Part shown: positions 55,360 through 64,000 of the stretch, piece after piece
How positions within the stretch are numbered: the first letter of the stretch is position 1
How the letters are laid out: the number at the start of each line of letters is the position of its first letter
NCBI RefSeq assembly: GCF_009914755.1
Contig: NC_060933.1
Reading direction: 5' to 3' (one strand)
From: the human T2T-CHM13v2.0 reference genome, Homo sapiens
Length of the DNA: 64,000 nucleotides
The notes under the pieces: model-generated
The model's input: the letters and a program-made list of their open reading frames with translations, nothing else
Told to the model about the DNA's origin: nothing
Databases searched by the model: none
Translations under genes and position numbers: made by a program

Positions 55360-57776
55360 TTGCATATTAGCTTGACATGATACTACTGTATGTAGAATTA
55401 AAGGTTGATGTTCATTTTCTCCTTAACACATTGAAGAGGGCATTCTGTCTTTAGGTTTTCATTACTGATGTTGAGAATTCAGGTGTCAGTGTGTCTGCTG
55501 TTTTTTTTTGTACATTATCTACCCTTTTCTTTTACATATAAGAACTTTTTATCTTTTGTATTCTGTTGTCGCAATTTGGTGTATCCAGCTATAGATTTGC
55601 TTTATATATCCTTTTTGGGATTCACTGGATTTCATGAATCTGAGTACTGGGATTTTTAATGAGTTCTAGAAAATCTATCTGGAAAATTCTTAGCCACTAA
55701 CTCTTTACATATATTCTCTTCTGGAATTCTGGCTAAATGAATTTTAGCCTTTCTTACTCCATCTTCCATTCTCCTTAACTTCTGTATCCTGCTTTCTTTC
55801 CATCTGTTTCTTCTCTGTGTTACATGCTGGGTAATTTCTTCTAATTTATCTTCTCATTTACTGAGTCCTTCTGTAGCCATGCCCAATGTGGTATCAAATC
55901 TCTTCATTAAGTTTAATTTCAGTGATTATATTTTTCCCTTTAGGAATTCTGTTTTGTTAAATTTAAAATCTGTGTTGTCATTCTTTTTTGGTTTTGTATT
56001 TCCCACGGATATCTTTACACTTGTCTTTTTTTTTTTTTTTCAGAGATCATAAGTACAGTATTTTATATTCTGTCTCACCAGTTAATTCTCTCTCTTCAGA
56101 TAGTCCGTTATATGAAGACTTTTGTGGTTCTGTTTTTCCTATCTTCTGTCTTTTGTTTTTGTTGGTACTTACTTATGGTAACGTGTGTCTTTTTATGCTT
56201 GGTAATTTTTAATTGTAATCTGCTCATTTTCCTTAGAATATTATTTGGGAGAATTCTCTGAAGCCTGAGATAAGTGGGCCTTCATTTCGGGAAGATTTAT
56301 ATTTCTTCTGCCAGGTACCTTGGGTATGTTGGTGGCATAGCTAAATTAATTGCTTAAGATGTTCTGGACTGCCAAAGAATTCTTGGGCTACATACCTCCT
56401 TGAGGAATATATCATACTTATCATTCACAGAGGTATTACCTTTTTCTCCTAATTTTTCTCACAGCCTTTGTTTGCATCCCCCTGTGAGAGTGTTTTAGGG
56501 AGAGGAAGGTTTTACTTCACAATTATTCTTTCTTTGAGTGAGTGTCCTTTAAGATTTCAGATTTGTGAGGAGAACTCTTGCAAGACTCTCCATCTTTGTC
56601 TTCTGTTTCCTGTGTTCTGAGAGGCTGAAATTATCTTTGGAGTAAGATCCAATTTCATTGTCAAAGTTTTAAAATTCTGGTTTTGTTAAGCCTGGGAGTA
56701 CACTTCTAATTGAACTCAGAATTTGTCCCATTTTGGTGGCTATAAAACCTGGCATGAAATTATGATTTTTCTCTTGCCATTTTTATTATATTCACTTTAT
56801 CCTTATTGGTAGATATGAGATATACTATCTGTCATTTTCCTTTGTTCTCTTTCCTAAGATAAAATAATTTAGATGAGTCAAGAAATCACATTTTGGTAAG
56901 ACCTTCAGGAAATGTCTAACTAGTTGTCTTTTGTTAGGCAATATTATAATAGGCATCTTGATTCATTATTAATTTTTCTTTTTTCACAGAAAAGTGTGTG
57001 TTATATTCTTCAAAATATATGTGTCTTCTCTGGCTTTTGCTCATTTTTCTCTACTATTTTTATATCTGAATAGTTTTAAATTAGATTGTACATGAATACC
57101 TTACCTCTAGAAACTGTAGGGTTTGCATTTATTCCTGTATTCTTTGTTAAAATCTGGGAATTCCATTCCTAGTTTACATTCTGTATATTGGTATATTATA
57201 TACTGAGTAGAAACCAAAGCATAAGATCAGGCTACTTCTAGTCAGTTTTTCTTGATTGATAGAAACTCATAGTTAAATACAAATTAATCATATTGGAAAT
57301 CCACTATAGACATTCAGATTTTGAGATTTTTTATCTCTAAGATTTATTTACCTCAACTTTTATTACTTAAAAAAATTACCAAACAGTAAATATCCACAAT
57401 ATAAAGTTCACATGTTACAGAAATATGTTTTAGAAAGTGGAAGTCTTCAGTATTTTACCTTCTGTACATAATAACCTTTAAAATTTGAAGTCTGTTCTTC
57501 CAACTTTGTTTTCTTTTCTATACCAATAGTATAAAAATGCTAATTCTATGAAAAAAAATGGAAAGCTTCTATGATAGGTTTTTGCACTTAATTTTTAAAA
57601 TTTAATATATTTTGGATTTTTTCTAGAAAGTTAAAATTTACCTATTTGTGAAGAGACTCATATATATTATAATGATTCTGGTTACTTAGGTTCTTTCCTT
57701 CCCTCATATTCCTCCTTTCTTCCTTTTATTTTGTTACATTCTCCTCTATTAACATCCTGGTTTCTTTCTTGTATTA

Positions 57777-58030
57777 TAGGTTGAGTATCCCTTAGCAGAA
57801 ATGTTTGGGATCAGAAATGTTTCAGATTTCAGATTTCTTCGGATATTGGAATATTTGCATTTTACTTACTTGTTGAACATCCTTAATTGGGAAATAGGAA
57901 ATTCAGAGTATTCTAAGCAGCATTTTCTGTGAATATGATCTTTGAGGATCATGTTATTGTGGTGCTGAAAAAGTTTTAGATCCTGGAGCGTTTTGATTTT
58001 GGATTTTCAGATTAGGGATGCTCAGCTTGT
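57777..58030. mobile_element. Tigger4a/MER46
   Basis: TA+ggttgagtatccctt...attagggatgctcagcttg TIRs. Confidence 0.8.
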
Positions 58031-58414
58031 TATTTTCCCCTTCCTTTCTAAGAACTCAAGGTCTTTCAGGTCTTTTTGTTGTCAACTATGGCATGAGCTT
58101 ACAGAGCCTGCTCAACTAGTTATCCTTTGTCTCTGGCAGGAAAACAGATGTGGTCGTTTGCTAAAACTCTTCTTTCAGAGTACAAGGTTCTCTGATAGGA
58201 TCATAGTGAATCATTTTCTTTCAGTTATTTCATTTATTTACTCATTTAAATATATATCAAGAGCCTAATCTATATGTCAGACACTATGCTAGGTTTTAGG
58301 GAACATAGCAATGATCAGAATGGATGTAGTTCTTGCCTATTGATAGATGTTATACTCTTATGGATAGGACAAATATAAAACTAAGAGCAATATACTGGAA
58401 ATTTTTGATTAATG

Positions 58415-59381
58415 CTGTATGGGTCCAATCAGGAAAGAAAAACCACACAGTAATTTTGATAGGTATGTTTAATGTAATGAATTATTAACTGTAATGAGGG
58501 ACTGTTTTGTTACTCCAAAGAGTAACTTTAAAGAATGTAACAAGAGGCCAAGCGCCATGGCTCATAGTTGTAATCCCAGAGGTTTTGGTGGCCGAGCGGG
58601 GAGGAACACTTGAGGTCAGGAGTTGGAGACCAGCCTGGACAACATAGTGAGACCTTGTCTCTACAAAAAATTACAAAATTAGTCAGGTTTGGTGACGTGT
58701 ACCTATCGTCCCAGCTACTTGGCAGGCTGAGACTGGAGGATTGCTTGAGCCCGGGAGGTCAGGGCTGCAGTGAGCTATGATAGCAACTCCTACATTCCAG
58801 CCTAAGTGACAGAGTGAGATGCTGTCTCCAAAAATACATATATTTAAGAAGAGTAGTTATGAGGAATATAGAACTGAGACAGCGTTCCCTAGGAAGAGGT
58901 CTCTCTCTTCCCTGAGAATTGAAATCCACACTTTGTTGGGAGAAGGAACCTCTGTGAGTCATTGAATGGTAGAAAAGCCATTCTTGTGTCTTTCTGGTAA
59001 TCTGCTCTCTAAAACTTTCTGGAAATCCATCCTCTGAGGTAAAAAGGAAAAATATTCATGGGGCAATGTCTCACTGCCCTCGTTCTGCTGTGAAACCACC
59101 TGAGGAGGGTTCTAGGGGCAGAATACTGGCTTTTGAGTGCTGTTATGTGCACATTATGCATTGTGTTGGAGAAAGGCACAGTGTTACAGGATATTGCTAA
59201 ATGAGTGTACTGGAACCAGGAAGCCAGCTCTTTTCTCCTGCAGTGTCTCTCCTGTGTTCTTTATCTATTTCAGTGCTAGTTGGCAAAGGAAAATCATTTA
59301 AGCAACTCAGATCTACTTTCACAGAGCAGACAAGTGGGTGAATTTGGAGCTGAGTGAGGAAACAATTCTATAATCAGCCCA
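58415..59381 (-). mobile_element. LTR41-like ERVL LTR interrupted by AluJ (58546-58835, +)
   Basis: tggaaccagg...ctcctgcagtgtctctcc shared with the 30105-30888 copy. Confidence 0.5.
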
Positions 59382-60350
59382 AATGCTGTGAAAGAAATGA
59401 GAATGGATAGATGCCCCAATTTAGTCTTGGTGGTAGTGTCAGAGAAGATCTCTGAAAATTCAACATTAAGATCAGATATATATGTAGGATCCACACTGCT
59501 AAAGGGTATAAGAAAGAGCCTTCAAGGTGATGGTCCACTGTGAAGAGCTTAACTTAGCAAACAATTGGGTGAATTTGGAAGTTGTAGAAAGCTGAATTGG
59601 TTCTAATGTAATGAGTGAGGGGAGAGTGGAGGGATGTTAAAGATGCATACTCTTGATTATGCAAATATGAAAGTCATATTAAGCAGTTAGGATTTTGTTG
59701 TAAGTGCAATGGAAAATAGGGGAGAGACCCAATCAACCTAAGGTCAAAATAAAATACTCCCCACTCCCTTCCATTAAAAACAACTTAGAGAAATCATTGT
59801 GTCCTGGTATCAAGAAAGGCTTTGTTGAAACTAAGGCTTGTGGTAGGACTTCCAGGGAGTACCAGAACTTAGATTTGTAGAAGCCAGAATACTTGAGGAA
59901 TCCTTAGACTAGAGATGGAAATGAAGATAGAGAAATGCTTAACAGATAGTCTCTGGAGAATCTTGAATGTCAGATTGACCCTTCTGGATGCTTCTTGTTA
60001 CTTTAGTAAAATCATGCCATCTGTGTTTGAATCCAAATCATTTGGGGAAAAAGAATGAATAACTGTTTGAGTCAATTCTGCTCTTAAGTTTCAGGCTAAT
60101 TGGATGGTCTTCAGAATTTTTGATGATCTGTCAGTCTGTTTTCAAACCTCTATCTCACCTCACCTTCCATCCTCATTTTAAGAGATTTCACTTGAATTTG
60201 CTTCTTACAGGCTATGGGAAATGCCAGGGTTTTTTCTTCCTCTCTCTACTAGAGTCTTGCTTGGGCTACCTGTGCAAGGCCGTTGGAATCCCTTAAAGAT
60301 GACACAGTTTTGATAACAGTTTCTCATATTTCAAGGAAGAGCTGTCCCAG

Positions 60351-60757
60351 ATGTAATTTATTAGTGTTATTTTTATAAAGACTACTGGAGGCAGCGTAAT
60401 TTGTGAAGAAAAGAGGTTTATTTGTTTCATGGTTCTACAGGCTGTACAAGAAGCATGACTCCAGCATCTGCTTTTGGTGAGGGTTTCAGAATGCTTCCAC
60501 TCATGGCAGAAAGAGTTGGGGAGCCCACATGTGCAGAGATTACATGGCAAGAGAAAGGAAGGAGGTGCCAGGCTCTTTTAAACAACAAGCTCTAACTAAA
60601 AGAGCGAGAACTCACTCATTACCATGAGGACAACATCAAGCCATTTGTGAGGACTCTGCCCCCATGACCCAGACAGGTCTTATTAGGGTCCCACCTCCAG
60701 CATTAAAAATCAGGTGTCAGCATGAGTTTTGGAGGGCTAAAATCCCAAACTGTAGCA
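60351..60757 (-). mobile_element. MSTB-like MaLR solo LTR
   Basis: aagaaaagaggtttatttg...ggctgtacaagaagcatg...ccaaactgtagca. Confidence 0.8.
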
Positions 60758-61846
60758 CAGGCTTAGGTTATTTATTTTCTATTTTAATTTAAATAGATAT
60801 TTAAAACAGAAGGTATTTTAATTACTTTTAATTTATTCATTTTCTTTCTGTTGGCTTGTATATCAAGCTGATTATGTGTTGGCACTTGACACTTGCTCAA
60901 TGTCTGCTTTTAAGCTTTATAATTGTATATGTATTTTATTTGTAATTTTAAGTACATTAAAATTGTTGACATATTCTTTAATTTGAACATGTATTCTTTA
61001 ATAATAAATTCTTAACTTTAAAGGTTATATTCAAATATACTGACCTGCCTACATTTTGTGTGTGTGTGTGTGTGAAAAAATGTGCCTTTTTGTTTGAGTG
61101 TCAGATCTTTTTAAACTTTTTAAGTCAAATATCTTTCATTTACTCTAACTGATTTGATGGCTGCTCATATAATTTTTTCTTTAAGAAAGGGTTCACATCT
61201 CATAGAAAATAATTTGTTTAGATTTAAAAGCTGATGCTGATACTGGACTTAGGGACATAAAATAGATGAATTTGGTATACTAATCACATGCAAGTGAATG
61301 AATTAAATTTATTAGACTAAAAAACTCCAAGTGAATGAAGGACCTAGGGAATGGAAAACTCTGGTTTGTTGCCTTTTCTGGTTTGCATATGATTTTATTG
61401 AAGATGATTTGATAATCCAGGATTTTTTATATTCTCAGAATAATATTAAGATCAAGTGTTATTGTTCAGTATGGTAAATGTAGCTTATGAAGTTTATGAA
61501 TTGAGAAGTATCTATGTAGATTCTAAGGGTTGTTGTGAGTAAATATTTTATGCCACTGAAACTTTTTTTTTGGTCTGTATCTTCCCAATTTTACCCAAAT
61601 TGAGTTTATAGGTTAAAAATTTTTTTTGGAAGAATCACTCCAATTTTGTACTCAGCTATATTTAAATAGGAGTACATGCATTGGCAGGTATTTTAAATTT
61701 TATATTGGAAGTATTTTGCTGAGGTCATTTTAAAATTAATACTAATTTTACATTAAGATTGTTTTATCAGTTCATATATTTAGTGATTCTGTATTTCTCG
61801 AGTAATTTGTGAAAAGTATTCATAGAAAAGATTTACATTTTTCCAG

Positions 61847-61983
61847 GTCTACTGTATATTATTGAAACACAGAAAGTTCTTGATCTCAAAATTAATTTGA
61901 AGGCTTCATATATTATTGTCCCACAAGATGGAATTTTTAGTCCTACATCAAATCTGCTTCTTTTGGACCTTGGTCATCTAAAG
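61847..61983 (+). CDS. VPS13A: VPS13A exon 20 (137 nt; GLLYIIETQKVLDLKINLKASYIIVPQDGIFSPTSNLLLLDLGHLK)
   Basis: ttccag|GTCTAC...CTAAAG|gtatat; LDLGHL motif. Confidence 0.96.
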
Positions 61984-62223
61984 GTATATAATAATAATAT
62001 TTGATTTATGATACAGCATTTGGGGTGTTTCTTTGTTTTAAATGTATTTTGTTTTTTAAACAGTTTGATTTATTGCTTTTTTTCCTAGATTTGTGGTAGA
62101 TAAGTAAGATTTGAGAAATCTCCCTTTCTGTTAAATAAAGTGAAGTCTCAATTAGGTAGTTTTCCTACACTTATGAAAGCAAAATGACCAATTAAACTCT
62201 GCAGGGCAGGTTTGAATCTAAGC

Positions 62224-62547
62224 TTGATTGACTGATTGATTGATTGATTGATTGACTGATTGATTTGAGACAGAGTCTCACTCTGTCGCCCAGGCTGGAA
62301 TACAGTACTGCGACCTTGGCTCACTGCAACCTCTGCCTCCTAGGTTCAAGTGATTCTCAGGCCTCAGCCTCCTGAGTATCTGGGATTACATGTGCCCGCC
62401 ACCACGCCCACCTAATTTTTGTATTTTTAGTAGAGACGGAATTTCACTATGTTGCAGACTGGTCTCGAATGCCTGTACTGAAGTGATCCACTTGCATTGG
62501 CTTCCCTAAGTGCTGGGATTACTGGCGTGAGCCACCGCGCCTGGCCC
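62224..62547 (-). mobile_element. AluS with (GATT)n tail, TSD gaatctaag
   Basis: Tetranucleotide tail...ccgcgcctggcc. Confidence 0.9.
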
Positions 62548-62756
62548 GAATCTAAGATTTATATTTGTAGTATTTGAGAGTTGTGCTTGAGAAGCTTATT
62601 TCTTTCTCAATTTAGACCTATTACTTGATTACTTAAAGTATATAGAATGATAGAGAATTGTGGAAACAATCAAATACGTCTTCATCTTTCTGAAATTTTT
62701 TGTGCATAAAACTATATATATATTGACATTTTAATATTTGTATTTAATAATTCTAA

Positions 62757-63105
<349 letters not shown>

Positions 63106-63179
63106 CTTTTTTTCTAATTATATACTTTTTTCTTTCCAAATTTTCAGTAGAGAATACATTTTTTTGGCGGTATTCTAGA

Positions 63180-63683
63180 TCTGTGCTCTTCACTATAGTA
63201 CCCACTTCCCAGCCACATGGGGTTATTTAAATTAATTAGAATTAAAATTAATTCAGTTTCTTAGTCATATTAGCCACATTTAAGAGTTTAATAGTCAGAA
63301 GTGGCTAGTGGCTACTGTATTTTTTGTTTTTGTTTTTGAGACATAGTCTCACTCTATTGTCCAGGCTGGAGTGCGGTGGCGTGATTTCAGCTCACTGCAA
63401 CCTCTGCCTCCCGAGTTCAAGTGATTCTTCTGCCTCAGCCTCCCAAGTAGCTGGGATTTCAGGCGTGTGCCATCAAGCCCAGACAGTTTTTGTATTTTTA
63501 GTAGAGATGGGGTTTCACCATGCTGGTCAGGCTGGTCTTGAGCCCCTGACCTCAAGTTATCTGCTGGCATTGACCTCCCAAAGTGTTGGGATTACAGGTG
63601 TGAGCCACCGCGCCTGGCCTGTATTTGACAGCATTGATATAGAACATTTCCATTATTGTAGAAGTTCTACTGGACAGCGTTGC
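63180..63683. mobile_element. MER3/MER33-like hAT element split by an antisense AluS (63319-63619, TSD tgtattt)
   Basis: gtggctagtggctactgtatt|Alu|tgacagc...ttctactggacagcg. Confidence 0.75.
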
Positions 63684-64000
63684 TGTAAATCATTAAATGT
63701 AGAGGAATATCTATCACAATTTAAAGAACCAAGAGAGGTGGATAATATTAGAATGCTTTTTCTGGCCACTTAACAAAAATACGTGCCTGTCCTTGATACT
63801 GACATCTTCCCTTATCCTATTTTTAAAAATTCTGCATTTGTTAATTGTGTAAACGCCCACTGGGTATATATTTATAATAAAATTTATACAGCTTATTATT
63901 CATATTTGAATTTTATTCAGTTGTTTCAAGGGCAGTGTGGTATAATAGAGCATAAGGTTAGGAGTAAGGATATCTAATTTTGTGACTTTAGGCAATTTGC

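Overview
Human (or very close primate) genomic DNA inside VPS13A (chorein, the chorea-acanthocytosis gene), transcribed on the + strand. Nineteen GT-AG exons (exons 2-20; 14515..61983; 1937 nt spliced, codons ~34-679) join into one open frame. That frame matches the chorein N-terminal sequence as I recall it (GAVALKNLQIKENAL...LLLDLGHLK). Exon 1 lies upstream, and the gene continues past the window. The introns are mostly repeats: about 34 Alus (mostly antisense), a near full-length antisense L1 nested in older L1M, LTRs (MSTA/MSTB, THE1, MLT, MER51-like, LTR41-like) and DNA transposons (Tigger1, Tigger4, MER47, MER1B, MER5A). Nearly all ORF-track entries are repeat-derived noise. The most notable observations are: (1) a ~45-nt hairpin from the start of an ERV1 LTR transcript, apparently retro-inserted on its own with an A-tail, TSD and L1-EN site (26094-26179); (2) a perfect 171-bp duplication, 1168 bp apart, bracketing exons 8-9, with fold-back hairpins at both junctions; (3) a 5'-inverted (twin-primed) Alu; (4) several further templated-insertion or template-switch scars; (5) exons whose first bases regenerate a 5' splice site. 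Coordinates were hand-counted, and repeat family names come from memory of the consensus sequences.
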